Shown here piece after piece: positions 50,655-62,783 of a stretch of 64,000 bases of DNA. The notes below the pieces were generated by a model. The model did not search any database. It worked only from the letters and a program-made list of their open reading frames with translations, and was not told the origin of the DNA. Source of the DNA: Thermodesulfobacteriota bacterium (GTDB taxonomy: Bacteria; Desulfobacterota; Desulfobaccia; Desulfobaccales; 0-14-0-80-60-11); contig JBFLXM010000080.1 in the NCBI GenBank assembly GCA_040757175.1, positions 213 through 64,212 of the forward strand, written 5' to 3'. The translations under genes were made by a program, and so were the position numbers. The stretch's first letter is position 1. Each line of letters starts with the position of its first letter.

Positions 50655-51401
50655 TCAGGAGGCACCCCGGGAGAGGTCTCCCTCCAGGGCCTCCTCCTCA
50701 TCTTGCCAGTAAAGGATGCGCTGGCAGTGGGGGCACTGGAGAATCTCCTCCCCTTTCTGCAGATCAATGAACTGCTGGGGGAGGATATTCATGTGGCAGC
50801 CGAAGCAAACCCCTTCATGCACCGGGGAGATGGCCGTGCCGTTGCGGCGCTCGCGGATGAACTCATAGCGCTTCAAGAGGGGTGCGGAGACGCCTTTGCG
50901 CAGTACCTTGCGCTGCTTCTCCAGGCCTGCGAGTTCGGCTTTCAGCTTGCCAACCTCGACCTCCACTTCCTTTCTGCGGCTCTCGACCAGCTCTCCCTGT
51001 TCCTGGAGACCCTGGTCCTGCTCGGCAATGGATCGCTTCTGGGCCTCCATCAACTCCAGCAATTCGAGCAACCGGGTCTCTTTATGATCCCGCTGGTCCT
51101 CTTTGAAGGCGATCTCCTTGAGCATGGCCTTGTATTCGATGTTGCTCTTGATTTCCATCAGGCGCTGGCGGCTGGTCTTGATGCCTTCCTCCATTTCGGC
51201 CACTTCTTTTTCCGTCTCCAGCCGCTGCTTCTGCAGACTCTCCAGTTCCTGGGCCTGGGCCTCGCGCTCAGCCTGCATCTCCTCCAGGACCGCGTTGGCC
51301 GCCTGTAGCTCTTCCGGCAGTCTTTCCAGGTCCTGGGTGACTCCCCTGATTATCTTGTCCAACTCCTGTAAATCCACCAACCACTTTAACTCCGGTAACA
51401 A
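50655..51401 (-). CDS. Coiled-coil protein with a C4 zinc ribbon (COG1579-type)
   Basis: 248 aa; long heptad coiled coil then 'CFGCHMNI...QCPHCQRILY'. Confidence 0.75.
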   Translation of the reverse strand: MLPELKWLVDLQELDKIIRGVTQDLERLPEELQAANAVLEEMQAEREAQAQELESLQKQRLETEKEVAEMEEGIKTSRQRLMEIKSNIEYKAMLKEIAFKEDQRDHKETRLLELLELMEAQKRSIAEQDQGLQEQGELVESRRKEVEVEVGKLKAELAGLEKQRKVLRKGVSAPLLKRYEFIRERRNGTAISPVHEGVCFGCHMNILPQQFIDLQKGEEILQCPHCQRILYWQDEEEALEGDLSRGAS

Positions 51402-51493
51402 AGTTTCCCCTCCATGTTCCGCGGTTTTTCTTGGATATATCCGGCTACAGGCACCGGACCCTTATCGGGCCTGAGCCTCCCGTTTACTTTCCC

Positions 51494-52609
51494 TCACAGA
51501 TAACTAAAAGGGGCCTCCTCCCGGGCCACCTCCACCCGGACCTGCAGCCCCCCGTCTTGGAAATGGCGGCGCAGTTGCCGGGCCCACTCCGGCATAAACA
51601 ATACCTCGCTGGCGAAATGCCCCACCTCCAGGACGGCAAAGCCGTCCGGGGGCCCCGGGGTGGCCTGATGGTGCCGCACTTCGCCGGTGAGATAGACCTG
51701 GGCCCCCCGCTCCCTGGCCGCGGCGATGAGGTCGCCGCCGCTGCCGCTGCACAGGGCCAGCCGTCCCACCTCTTCCGGAGGACGGCCCCAGATTCTCACC
51801 TGGCCGACCCGAAAAATTTCCTTCACCCGCCGGACCACCTGGCTGAAGGGCCGGGGCTTAGGCCAATTGCCGATACGACCCAGTCCCAAAGGCGCGCCCG
51901 GCTTTTTCACGGGATAAACGTCGTACGCCGGCTCTTCATAGGGATGCGCGGCCTTCAGGCGTGCGAGGGCGGCTTTCACGCGGCTTTCCGGCACCAGCAC
52001 CTCCAGGCGGGATTCCGCGGCCCGGGAGAGCGCGGCCACCTGTCCCAGGAAGGGCTGGGCTCCCTCTAGAGGAATATAAGTACCCTGGCCTTTGGATGCA
52101 AAGGTACAATGTGAATAACGCCCGATAACCCCCACCCGGTCATCGGCCAGGGCTTCACGCACCCGGTCCTCATAACCCACGGGCACGAACACCGTGAGCT
52201 TGTACCATTGCTCCCGGCTGGTTTCCTGGAGCACCTCCGCGTCTTTCAGTTCCAGAAGCCGGGCCAGGAAGTCGTTCACCCCCTCCGGAGCCACATCCAG
52301 ATTGGTGTGGCAGGCCGCCAGGGCCATCCCCCCCCGGATCAGGGCGGCCAGCAAGCCGCCGTGGGGACTGTCCTCCCGCACCGCGGCCAGAGGCTGGTAG
52401 ATGAGGGGATGATGGGTCAACAGCAACTGCACCCCCCGGTCTTGGGCTTCGGCCACCACCGGGGCGCTGGCTTCCAGGGCCACCAGCACCACTTCCACCG
52501 GGTTTTGGGGATGGCCCACCATCAGGCCCACCCGGTCTCCCGCCACCGCCCAACTGCAGGGCCAATGGATGTCCAACCGGTCGATGATCTCTTGCAGCAA
52601 TGTGCTCAT
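51494..52609 (-). CDS. Nif3-like dinuclear metal centre protein (GTP cyclohydrolase 1 type 2 homolog)
   Basis: 371 aa; 'DRVGLMVG...LLLTHHPLIYQPL' and 'GEVRHH'; contains the mid-protein insert typical of long NIF3 forms. Confidence 0.85.
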   Translation of the reverse strand: MSTLLQEIIDRLDIHWPCSWAVAGDRVGLMVGHPQNPVEVVLVALEASAPVVAEAQDRGVQLLLTHHPLIYQPLAAVREDSPHGGLLAALIRGGMALAACHTNLDVAPEGVNDFLARLLELKDAEVLQETSREQWYKLTVFVPVGYEDRVREALADDRVGVIGRYSHCTFASKGQGTYIPLEGAQPFLGQVAALSRAAESRLEVLVPESRVKAALARLKAAHPYEEPAYDVYPVKKPGAPLGLGRIGNWPKPRPFSQVVRRVKEIFRVGQVRIWGRPPEEVGRLALCSGSGGDLIAAARERGAQVYLTGEVRHHQATPGPPDGFAVLEVGHFASEVLFMPEWARQLRRHFQDGGLQVRVEVAREEAPFSYL

Positions 52610-52613
52610 GGGA

Positions 52614-52645
52614 CATAAAAAAGGGGTGCGCAGAGAGCACCCCTT
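52614..52645 (-). terminator. Rho-independent terminator after tRNA-Met
   Basis: Minus strand: AAGGGGTGC-tctctgc-GCACCCCTT followed by TTTTTTAT. Confidence 0.7.
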
Positions 52646-52717
52646 GGGGTTAGACCCCTATATTTGCAGAGCTTGCGTATCGTTCTCGGGAGATGTGCGA
52701 TCCTCCGGCCATCCAAG

Positions 52718-52790
52718 TGGGCCCACCTGGATTTGAACCAGGGACCGTCCGGTTATGAGCCGGTTGCTCTGACCTCTGAGCTATGGGCCC
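52718..52790 (-). tRNA. tRNA with CAT anticodon (elongator Met or lysidine-modified Ile2); CCA not encoded
   Basis: Reverse complement GGGCCCATAGCTCAGAGGTCAGAGCAACCGGCTCATAACCGGACGGTCCCTGGTTCAAATCCAGGTGGGCCCA; G1-C72 pair, so not an initiator. Confidence 0.85.
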
Positions 52791-52938
52791 GTAAGTTGTT
52801 ATCATATACCGAATTTATTTTAATTAATATCTCCCTCTAATTCAAGGGGGGTTAATAAGATGTTTCGTTTAAGTATTCCCAGGTCCCACAGACCGGCCTG
52901 GCGCATTTTGTCTGGGCGGGAGCCCTTTTGGGTTATCC

Positions 52939-54666
<1,728 letters not shown>

Positions 54667-54694
54667 CCATCTCCTCCTTTTGCTGCAGACTATA

Positions 54695-56446
54695 CTAATG
54701 TTTAAGGTCCTGCAGTTGCTGTTCGATTGCCAATTTCTGCACCTGCAAAGCCAATAGCTCCTCGCCTCCGGGAACGGCGGCGGCCTTTGCCAATTCCTCC
54801 TTGATTTGCGCCAGGGCCTTCTTAAGCCGCTGCATCTGGCGGGCCCGGCGCCATTCTTCCGCCAAAACCTCCGTGGACGGTTCCCCCTTTCCTAAAGTCA
54901 GGGCGCAGATCTGCTGCCGCAGATGCTCCTCTTCCACCCTTTGAATCAACAGGCTGTGGTCCAGCGCGCCGTCTTCCTTAAGACTTCTGATGACCAACTC
55001 CAGCAAATTCTTCAATTCCTGGTCCTGGAACTCCTGGGCCCACTCCTCCAATTCTTCCAGGGGCACGATCCCGGGGTGGTGGAGCACCCATTTGAGCAGC
55101 CTTTCCTCCGGATTGTTGAGCAGGCAACGGCCCGGGGCCAGGCGCTGGGCCGCCACCGGGGCTTGGGAGGAAAGACTCCGGCGCAGCGCAGATTCCTCCA
55201 CCCCCAGGCGCTCCCCGGTGAACCGCAGCCACAAGCCCTGCTCCACCGGGTCGCTCAGGGCCTGAAAATAAGGGCGCAGCTCCGCGGCGATGCGCACCCG
55301 GCCTTCCACCTCCAAGCCGTGGGCGGCCACCAGTTCCTCCACCAGAAAGGCGAACCAGGGTTGGGCCTTTTCCCAGGGGGACTGGAAGAGCTCCACCCCG
55401 TGTTGAAACGCGTAAGTGTCCGGGTCCAGGCCCGGGGGCAGCGGCAGCACCCGCACCGCCAGCCCTTCCGCGGCAAAAATAGGAAAAGCCCGGCGCATGG
55501 CCCGGGCTCCCGCAGCATCCCCGTCAAAGACCAATACTGCTTTGGCTACCTGGTTTTTTAGGACCCGCACCTGCTCTTTGGTGAGAGCCGTGCCCAGGGT
55601 GGCCACCACGTTGGCGATGCCGTGCACCCTGAGGGCCAACAGGTCCATGTAGCCTTCCACCACCAGCGCCACGCCGGTGAGCCGCAGGGCCTCCTGGGCC
55701 TGAGGCAGGCCGTAGAGGGTGCGGCCTTTGGAATACAAGGGACTCTCCGGGGAATTGAGGTACTTGGGCTCACCAACGCCGATGATCCGGCCCCCGAACG
55801 CGATCACCCGTTCCTGCCGGTCCAGGATGGGGAACATGAGCCGGTCCCGGAAGCGGTCGTAATACCCCCCCTGCTGCCGGGGCAGGAGCAGGCCCACCTC
55901 CTGGGCCGCGTCCAGGGAAATCCCTTTATTCTGCAAATGCTTCCGCAGCCCGTCCCATTCCTCGGGGGCATAGCCGATATGAAAGTCCCGGACTACCTCT
56001 TTGGTCAGACCCCGCTTTTGGATATACTCCCGGGCCTTCCCGCCCTTGGGCCCGGCCAGGCAGGATTGATAGAAGGCCGCGGCCTCCTTGTTGATCTCCT
56101 GCATCAGTTGCCGCTTCTTGGCCTGGCGGCCCCCTTCAGGGCCCAGGTCCTTCATGGTGATGGTGATGCCGTAGCGCCGGGCCAGCTCCTGCACCGCCTC
56201 CGGGAAAGAAAGGCGCTGGTGCTGCATCAAGAAGGAAAAAACGTTCCCCCCCGCGCCGCAGCCGAAGCAATGAAAGATGCCCTTGTCCGGGGACACCGTG
56301 AAGGAAGGCGCGGTGTCCGGGTGGAAGGGGCAGAGGCCCAGAAGGTTCTTGCCTCTCTGGGTCAACTGGACGTACTGGCCCACCACCTCTTCGATGCGGG
56401 CCGCGTCTTTGATCTCCAGGAGCTTGTCTTCGGGGATAAAAGCCAT
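54695..56446 (-). CDS. dnaG: DNA primase
   Basis: 583 aa; zinc finger '[30 protein letters not shown]'; TOPRIM '[10 protein letters not shown]' and 'VFDGDAAG'. Confidence 0.95.
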   Translation of the reverse strand: MAFIPEDKLLEIKDAARIEEVVGQYVQLTQRGKNLLGLCPFHPDTAPSFTVSPDKGIFHCFGCGAGGNVFSFLMQHQRLSFPEAVQELARRYGITITMKDLGPEGGRQAKKRQLMQEINKEAAAFYQSCLAGPKGGKAREYIQKRGLTKEVVRDFHIGYAPEEWDGLRKHLQNKGISLDAAQEVGLLLPRQQGGYYDRFRDRLMFPILDRQERVIAFGGRIIGVGEPKYLNSPESPLYSKGRTLYGLPQAQEALRLTGVALVVEGYMDLLALRVHGIANVVATLGTALTKEQVRVLKNQVAKAVLVFDGDAAGARAMRRAFPIFAAEGLAVRVLPLPPGLDPDTYAFQHGVELFQSPWEKAQPWFAFLVEELVAAHGLEVEGRVRIAAELRPYFQALSDPVEQGLWLRFTGERLGVEESALRRSLSSQAPVAAQRLAPGRCLLNNPEERLLKWVLHHPGIVPLEELEEWAQEFQDQELKNLLELVIRSLKEDGALDHSLLIQRVEEEHLRQQICALTLGKGEPSTEVLAEEWRRARQMQRLKKALAQIKEELAKAAAVPGGEELLALQVQKLAIEQQLQDLKH

Positions 56447-56453
56447 TTAGAGA

Positions 56454-56790
56454 CGGTTTTCTGTTTTCGGTTTTCGGTTAAAAGATTTCCAGGTAGGGCG
56501 GGCCTCTGTGCCCGCCATCCTTATGCCGGTGACCCGGGCTTTTCAGCTCCGGCGGCAGTGGGGCGGGCCGCGGCGCCTGCCATCATGGCGGCAGGGTGTC
56601 TTCTCCATCTATTCTCTATTTCGGAGAAGAGCGCCCCCCACATTAATTTGGTGTTAACCGCACATTAGTTTGATGTTTCTTCTCGTTCCCAAGTTGTACT
56701 TGGGAACGTCTTTTGTCTTGCCAAGCTGTGCTTGGCCTGCGGCGGGACGGGCCTCTGCGACCGCCGCCCTCATGGTGGGCCATGCCCACC
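56454..56790. repeat. Repeat-dense 350-bp spacer: (CGGTTTT-type heptads)x4 plus at least six GC-rich REP-like hairpins
   Basis: Heptads 56454-56481; ggcgggcctctgtgcccgcc 56497-56516; cgttcccaagttgtacttgggaacg 56684-56708; gccaagctgtgcttggc 56720-56736; gcggcgg...ccgccgc 56739-56767; ggtgggccatgcccacc 56774-56790. Confidence 0.85.
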
Positions 56791-56798
56791 CTACACTC

Positions 56799-59147
56799 CT
56801 ACTCCCTCAACTCCACCACCGTCACTCCGGGGTTGTCGTCCCCGTGCACGGCCTTCACGGCCCGGTGGCGCTTCAGGTGGTCCCAGACCGCGCGTTTAAG
56901 CCGCCCCGTGCCCACCCCGTGGATGATGTCCACCTTCTCGGTGCCGTGGAGCATGGCCTGGTCGATGAGCCGGTCCACCAGGGGCAGGGCTTCGTCCACC
57001 CGCAGGCCCACCACGTTCAGGCTGGGCAGCCACTCCGGGGGCAGATGGCGGCCCCGGGAAAACGCGCCCGCCGCCGGACCCTCCGCCTCCCCGGTCAGGG
57101 GCGTGATCTCCTCCGGGAGCACCCGGAGCTTAACCTTTCGCACCTGTACTTCCAAGCGCCCGGCCCGGCCCGGGGCGGCCAAGACCTTGCCGCTCAGGCC
57201 CAGGGCCGGCAAGAATACTTTTTGGCCCGGCCCGTATGCGGGCGCCTCTGTTTTCGCGGGCCTGGCCTTGGGTGTCAAGTCCTGGAGGAGCTTAGCCTGC
57301 TCTGCGGAAAACTCCTGGCGCAGGCGGCCCCAGGATTCCTGCCCTTCCTGCAAGCGCCGGACTATCTCCTTAAATTCGGCTTCCGCCCGGCGAATGCGTT
57401 CCTGGGCCTGGGCCTGGGCCTCCTGCCGCCAGCGTTCCTGCTCGTCTTGCAAAACCTGCAATTCTTTTTGCAGTTCCTGTCTCTCCCGCGTCAATTCCTC
57501 TTCCCGCCGGGCCAGCTTCTCCCTTTCCCAGGTCAATTGCTCCCGGGCCTCCTCCACTTCCGCCAGCAGGCGGTAGGCCCGGAGTTCCTCCTGGTCCAGG
57601 TAGCTCTCCGCCTGTTCCAGAATCTCCGAAGAAAGGCCCAGTTCCCGGGCGATCTTCAGGGCGTTGGACGCGCCCACCACCCCGTAGGCCAGGCGGTAGG
57701 TGGGTCTCCGGGTCTCTTCGTCAAAGATCACCGCCACGTTGGCAAAACCGGGCTGGCGCAAGGCAAAAGACTTGATCAGGGGAATATGGGTGGTGGCTGC
57801 GCCGTAGGCCCCCCGGCTATCAAAGGCCTGGAGCAGGGCCAGGGCCAGGGCCCCCCCTTCCGTGGGGTCGGTGGCCGTGCCCAACTCATCCAGGAGCACC
57901 AGGGGCCGGGGGGGAAGGTGGGCCAGCATCTCCAGGGCCCTTTTTAAGTGCGCGGAAAAGGTGCTCAGGTCCTGGTGCAGGTCCTGGGGGTCGCCGATGT
58001 CCGCAAAGACTTGGTCAAAGGGGTGGAACTCGCTCCCTTCCGCCACTGGGATGGGGATGCCGCTCTGGACCATGAGGGTGAGGAGCCCCAGGGTCTTCAG
58101 GGCCACGGTCTTGCCCCCGGCGTTGGCCCCGGAGATGATGAGGAAGCGTTGCTCCGGGGTGAGCTTCAGGTCAATGGGCACCACTGCCGGCTGCTGCGGA
58201 TTTTCCCAGCGCCGGTGCACCAGCAAAGGATGCCGGGCCTGGCGCAGGTCCACCCCCGGCTGCGACCGCCAGATGGGTTCCCGGGCCTTAAAATTCCGGG
58301 CAAAGCGCACCTTGGCCTGGAGCCCGTCCACTTCCGCCAGCGCGGCCAGAATCTCCCGGATTTCCTCCAGGTGGTTCCGCACCAGGTCCGTGAGCCGCCG
58401 CAGCACCGCCTCTTCCTCCCGTTTTTCCCGGTTGGCCAGGAGATTGAGCTGGTTGTTCTGCTCGACGATGGCCAGGGGTTCCAGAAAGAAAGTGGCCCGG
58501 GTCTGGGACTGGTCGTGGATGATGCCCGGAATCGCGCCCTTGTGATCGGCCTTGACGGGGATGACGTAGCGGCCGTGGCGCTGGGAGATGGTGGGGGTCT
58601 GGAGAGCGTCTTGATACTGGGCCCCGAAGAAGTTCTGCTTGATCTGCCGGTTGAGGCCCTCCCGGGTGGCGGCTATTTCCCGGCGCACCGCGGCCAACTC
58701 CGGGGAGGCCTGATCCAGGATGAAGTTGTGGGGGCTGATGCACTGCTTGATGGCCGTGCGTAAAGAAGCTAAATCATGCAGGCCGCCGGCCAGGGCGTAG
58801 AGATGGGGGTAGGCCTCTCCTTGGAAGAGGTATTGCCGGCACTGCCGGGAGAGGCGCAGGACCAGCAAGATATCGTTAAAGGCCGGGGCCGGCAGGAGGC
58901 TGCCCCGCACCAGGGCCTTGGCCAGCCAGGGGGAGAGATCGGGAAAATCGGAGAGCGGCAGCTCCCCCTCCCGGCTTTCAAGGTCTTGTAATTCGTGGAT
59001 TTCCTGGAATTTAGCCCGGATGCTCGAGAGATTGTCAACCGGCCGCAGGGACGCTAGGAAGTTCCGGCCCAGGGCGGAGGTGGCATATTCCTGCACCACC
59101 CCCAAGACCCCGGGAAATTCCAGGGCGGTCAAGGTTTGCTCCGGCAT
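56799..59147 (-). CDS. mutS2: Endonuclease MutS2 (MutS domain V ATPase plus C-terminal Smr)
   Basis: 782 aa; Walker A 'GANAGGKT'; 'DELGTATDP'; Smr 'LNVVGLRVDEAL...IIHGVGTGRLK'. Confidence 0.9.
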   Translation of the reverse strand: MPEQTLTALEFPGVLGVVQEYATSALGRNFLASLRPVDNLSSIRAKFQEIHELQDLESREGELPLSDFPDLSPWLAKALVRGSLLPAPAFNDILLVLRLSRQCRQYLFQGEAYPHLYALAGGLHDLASLRTAIKQCISPHNFILDQASPELAAVRREIAATREGLNRQIKQNFFGAQYQDALQTPTISQRHGRYVIPVKADHKGAIPGIIHDQSQTRATFFLEPLAIVEQNNQLNLLANREKREEEAVLRRLTDLVRNHLEEIREILAALAEVDGLQAKVRFARNFKAREPIWRSQPGVDLRQARHPLLVHRRWENPQQPAVVPIDLKLTPEQRFLIISGANAGGKTVALKTLGLLTLMVQSGIPIPVAEGSEFHPFDQVFADIGDPQDLHQDLSTFSAHLKRALEMLAHLPPRPLVLLDELGTATDPTEGGALALALLQAFDSRGAYGAATTHIPLIKSFALRQPGFANVAVIFDEETRRPTYRLAYGVVGASNALKIARELGLSSEILEQAESYLDQEELRAYRLLAEVEEAREQLTWEREKLARREEELTRERQELQKELQVLQDEQERWRQEAQAQAQERIRRAEAEFKEIVRRLQEGQESWGRLRQEFSAEQAKLLQDLTPKARPAKTEAPAYGPGQKVFLPALGLSGKVLAAPGRAGRLEVQVRKVKLRVLPEEITPLTGEAEGPAAGAFSRGRHLPPEWLPSLNVVGLRVDEALPLVDRLIDQAMLHGTEKVDIIHGVGTGRLKRAVWDHLKRHRAVKAVHGDDNPGVTVVELRE

Positions 59148-59181
59148 GCCCCTCCAGATGTCCTGGTAAAGGGGGGAAGGA

Positions 59182-59631
59182 TCAGGAGCCTAGACGCCGC
59201 CGCACCATCTCCTGGACCACCTTCCCGTCAGCCCGGCCTGCCAACGCGGCCATGGCGCTCTTCATTACCTTACCCAGATCTTTGGGGCTTGAAGCCCCCA
59301 CCTCCTGGATGATCCGGGACACCTCCGCCTCTACTTCCTCTGGAGAAAGTTGGGGCGGCAAAAAAGAGAGGAGGACGCTAAGCTCCTCCTCTTCTTTGTG
59401 GGCCAGGTCGGGCCGCCCGGCTTTAGTGTATTCACTGATGGCCTCCCGCCGCTGTTTGACCTGCGTGTTGATTACAGCCTGCAACTCTGCTTCGGTCACC
59501 TGGCGCTTTAGATCCACTTCCCGATGGCGGATGGCGCTTTTCAGCATCCGCAAAGTGGATAACGCCACGGCTTGTCTATCTCTGAGAGCCTCCTTGAAGG
59601 CCTGATCCAGCCGCTGAGAAAGGGAGGTCAT
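59182..59631 (-). CDS. GatB/YqeY domain-containing protein
   Basis: 149 aa; 'LKEALRDRQ...[11 protein letters not shown]' typical YqeY; 4-nt overlap with rpsU. Confidence 0.85.
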   Translation of the reverse strand: MTSLSQRLDQAFKEALRDRQAVALSTLRMLKSAIRHREVDLKRQVTEAELQAVINTQVKQRREAISEYTKAGRPDLAHKEEEELSVLLSFLPPQLSPEEVEAEVSRIIQEVGASSPKDLGKVMKSAMAALAGRADGKVVQEMVRRRLGS

Positions 59632-59828
59632 GAACCCTCAATCTTGCGGAGCTTTTTCAAAGCCCGTTTTTTGGCCGCCAATATTTTCTTCTTACGCTTA
59701 ATGCTGGGTTTTTCGTAATGCTCCCGTTTGCGGATTTCCGAGAGGATTCCCGCTTTTTCGCACTGTTTTTTAAAGCGTTTTAGGGCGACCTCGAAGGGCT
59801 CGTTGGGCTTCACCCTGACGCCCGGCAT
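59628..59828 (-). CDS. rpsU: 30S ribosomal protein S21
   Basis: Start set at '[42 protein letters not shown]' (ATG 59828). Confidence 0.9.
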   Translation of the reverse strand: MPGVRVKPNEPFEVALKRFKKQCEKAGILSEIRKREHYEKPSIKRKKKILAAKKRALKKLRKIEGS

Positions 59829-60130
59829 GCATTTCAACCCCCTCCCTGCCGTCAAATCCCCCCTCCCGCCCGGCAGTTCCCCCCGGCAGCCTGGCCGCAG
59901 GCGGTAATGGCGGGAAGAGGTGCTATATCCTCAAACGAATATTTTTTATCACCTATTTCGAATCTGTCAAGGGGTTTTTTCTTCCGGACCCTCCCTTTCC
60001 CGGGTACCAGGGAGTATTTGTCCCCATGACCTGAATATGTTATGCTTTAACACAAAATTTCTGACCCTTTCTGGGCCCAAGGCGCCGCGGGGTTGTTAAT
60101 ACACCAGCAATTTAGTTATCTTAAATAATC

Positions 60131-60889
60131 ATGATCCCCCCAAAAAAGTTAATCATTGCGGTCCTGATCCTCCTGTTCCTGATCCCCGGTTTGAGCGCCG
60201 CGGCCGACCAGGTGGCGGAGGCCGATAGTATCCTCAAGAATCCAGCCCTGGATCTTTCTGGTGCCTTCAGGGCCCTGGATCTTTATACCCTGAACCTGGC
60301 TAAGGCCAACCCCTGCGAGGTGCCGCTGCTGATCCGCCTGACCCGCACCTGTTTCCTGATCGGCGAACTGACCGTAGCCAGCCAACGGCAGAAATATTAC
60401 GAAAAGGGCCAAACCTATGCGGAGATGCTCCTGAAGGAAGCGCCTGACCGGGTGGAGGGCCATTACTGGCTGGCCCTGCATCTTTGCGGCCTGGCGGATA
60501 CGGGTGGGGCCATGCAGGGCCAGCGGCTGCTGCCCCGCATTATGGAAGAGTTGGAGAAGGCCCGGACTATTGACGACGCCTATGAGCAGGCGGGCAGCCA
60601 CCGGGTATTAGGGCGCATCTACTTTGAGGCCCCGGCCTGGCCCTTTTCCGTGGGCGACCTCCAGAAATCCCTGCAGCACCTGACCCGGGCCGTGCGCCTG
60701 GCCCCGGAGAACAGCACCAACCATCTCTATCTGGCGGAAACCCTGATCAAACTGCAACGGCAGGCGCAGGCGCACCAGGAACTGGAGCAGGTGCTTAAGG
60801 CTCCGGAGCATGCCTTGCTGCCCCGGGGCCTGGAGGAAGACCGGCGGGAAGCCCGGCGCTTGCTAAAGGATGCCGACGCTTTAGAATAA
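60131..60889 (+). CDS. Secreted TPR-like helical-repeat protein (TatT-like)
   Basis: 252 aa; signal peptide 'LILLFLIPGLSAAA'; helical repeats 'GHYWLALHL', 'HRVLGRIYFEAP', 'NHLYLAETL'. Confidence 0.55.
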   Translation: MIPPKKLIIAVLILLFLIPGLSAAADQVAEADSILKNPALDLSGAFRALDLYTLNLAKANPCEVPLLIRLTRTCFLIGELTVASQRQKYYEKGQTYAEMLLKEAPDRVEGHYWLALHLCGLADTGGAMQGQRLLPRIMEELEKARTIDDAYEQAGSHRVLGRIYFEAPAWPFSVGDLQKSLQHLTRAVRLAPENSTNHLYLAETLIKLQRQAQAHQELEQVLKAPEHALLPRGLEEDRREARRLLKDADALE

Positions 60890-60952
60890 ATAATCTCACT
60901 CCAGGCCATTCCCAGTCCCTCCAAGGGAGGTAGGCGCCGGTCCGGAGGTTTT

Positions 60953-61891
60953 ATGGATCTTCCCAAGGTTTGCCGTCGGGTTTTCACCATGCTACTCCTG
61001 GTGTGGCTGGCCGGGTGCGTCACCGTCAAGGTGGACCTCTTTGAAGAGCAAAAGCCCCTGAAGGAAAAGGTGATCTCCGGTTACGGCCGGGACAAGGTCC
61101 TGCTGGTGGACATCTCCGGGGTGATTATGGAGACCCGCCACCGCAGTCTTTTGGGTCTGGGCGCGGTGACCACCCCCGGTTATGTCAAAGAAGTATTGGA
61201 TAAAGCAGCCAAAGATAAACGCATCAAGGCCCTGGTCCTCAAGATCAATTCCCCGGGGGGTACGGTCAGCGCCTCGGACATCATCCACCACGAGCTTCAG
61301 AATTATAAGAAGGAAACAGGCGTGCCGGTGGTGGCCTGCCTCATGGGCCTGGCCACTTCCGGGGGTTATTATCTGGCCCAGGCGGGGGACGCCATCGTCG
61401 CCCATCCCAGCGGCATCACCGGCTCCATCGGCGTGATAGCCATGAAGCTGAATATCAAGGGTTTGATGGACAAGGTGGGGGTGGACAGCGACCTGGTGAA
61501 AAGCGGCCAATGGAAGGACTTCTGGTCTCCCTTCCGGCCCGCCACCCCGGAAGAAAAGCAGATGATGCAGGAAGTGATCAACAATTACTACCAGAGCTTT
61601 GTGGACGTGGTGGCCCAGGGCCGGAAGATGAATGCCCGGGAGGTGCGGCAGGTGGCGGACGGCCGCATCTATACCGCCATCCAGGCTAAAGATCTGGGCT
61701 TGGTGGATAGTTTGGGATATCTGGATGACGCCATCAAGATCGCCCGGAAACAGGCCGGCCTGGAAGAAGCAAAAGTGGTGCGCTACCATCGCCCCGATAG
61801 CTACCGGCCCAATATCTATTCCCAGATCCCGGACTTCTCCTGGATGGTAACCCCCCAATTTCTTTACATGTGGTGGCCGGGGGAACTATGA
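60953..61891 (+). CDS. sppA: Signal peptide peptidase SppA (36K type, S49 family)
   Basis: 312 aa; 'LKINSPGGTVSASD', 'ATSGGYYLA', 'TGSIGV', 'GRIYTA..A...GLVD'. Confidence 0.85.
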   Translation: MDLPKVCRRVFTMLLLVWLAGCVTVKVDLFEEQKPLKEKVISGYGRDKVLLVDISGVIMETRHRSLLGLGAVTTPGYVKEVLDKAAKDKRIKALVLKINSPGGTVSASDIIHHELQNYKKETGVPVVACLMGLATSGGYYLAQAGDAIVAHPSGITGSIGVIAMKLNIKGLMDKVGVDSDLVKSGQWKDFWSPFRPATPEEKQMMQEVINNYYQSFVDVVAQGRKMNAREVRQVADGRIYTAIQAKDLGLVDSLGYLDDAIKIARKQAGLEEAKVVRYHRPDSYRPNIYSQIPDFSWMVTPQFLYMWWPGEL

Positions 61892-61922
61892 AGAGAATTT
61901 TTTTTAGGTATTTCCCCGCCTA

Positions 61923-61930
61923 GCCGATAA
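61923..61930 (+). promoter_or_regulatory. GCCGATAA (sigma-28/FliA -10 consensus) about 215 nt upstream of flgM
   Basis: Exact octamer read at 61923-61930; no good TAAA -35 element at the expected spacing. Confidence 0.25.
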
Positions 61931-62144
61931 GCTATTTAAGAGGCGGGAATCTGCCTGCTTTCTCACATCAAGGATGGGTGAGGAAGTCCTTTAAGTACCC
62001 GGAATCCCTTGTAATTAATGGATTTCCCGGGAGATGAGGGCTTGCCTTCCCTCTGTATTTTTTGGGTCGAGGAACCTTGCCTGAGGCAAGGGAAGGCAGG
62101 TTGACTTAACGGAATCAAGTGAATAATTTAAATCAAGGGCATTT

Positions 62145-62444
62145 ATGAAAATCACCGACATTCAAGGAACTGGCGTCAGCCAGTTACAGGGCGAACAGAC
62201 GGCGACGGTAGGGTCGCGGACAGGCAAAACTTCTACAGATAACCTGAGCGCCGGGACTGATAACATATTTGTGTCCCAGGAAGCCCGTCTGATGCAAAAG
62301 GCGGCAGAGGCCGTGGCCCAGACTCCGGAGGTGCGGCAAGACAAAGTGGACGCTTTGCAGCAGTCCGTGAATCAGGGCACCTATTCTGCCGATACACAAA
62401 AAGTGGCCAACAGTATGATCGCCAATATGCTCATGGAGCGGTAA
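62145..62444 (+). CDS. flgM: Anti-sigma-28 factor FlgM
   Basis: 99 aa; C-terminal 'VRQDKVDALQQSVNQGTYSADTQKVANSMIANML' typical of FlgM. Confidence 0.8.
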   Translation: MKITDIQGTGVSQLQGEQTATVGSRTGKTSTDNLSAGTDNIFVSQEARLMQKAAEAVAQTPEVRQDKVDALQQSVNQGTYSADTQKVANSMIANMLMER

Positions 62445-62477
62445 GACTCTAATCGAAAGAAAAAGAGGGTATTGGGG

Positions 62478-62517
62478 GAAGGGGCGCCCCGGGGGGGGGC
62501 GCCCCTTCATTTTTTTT
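62478..62517 (+). terminator. Rho-independent terminator of flgM
   Basis: gaaggggcgcccc-gggggg-ggggcgccccttc followed by attttttttc. Confidence 0.85.
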
Positions 62518-62712
62518 CGGAGGAATTCCTCCTGGGCCTTTAGTCCACCCGTAAATCATGAAAAATCGTAGGCGGGCGTCCTCGCCCGCCTCGTTAATCC
62601 GCACAAGCTGGAAAGCCTGTGCCACCACTTCTTAGATTATTTCCGAACGGTTCTTTGTGGGCGTGCTTGGCCCACCCGTAACTTATTCAAAGCTCTCATG
62701 ATTCACAGTCTT

Positions 62713-62747
62713 AACTTTGAATTTTGAACCTTGAACTTTGAACTTTG
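62713..62747. repeat. (CTTTGAAC-type octamers)x4 downstream of the cysteine desulfurase gene
   Basis: aactttgaattttgaaccttgaactttgaactttg; same word family as 27369, 34314 and 34431. Confidence 0.85.
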
Positions 62748-62783
62748 CAGGGGTGCGTGTGGCCCTGAGCCATTCCCCAAGAA

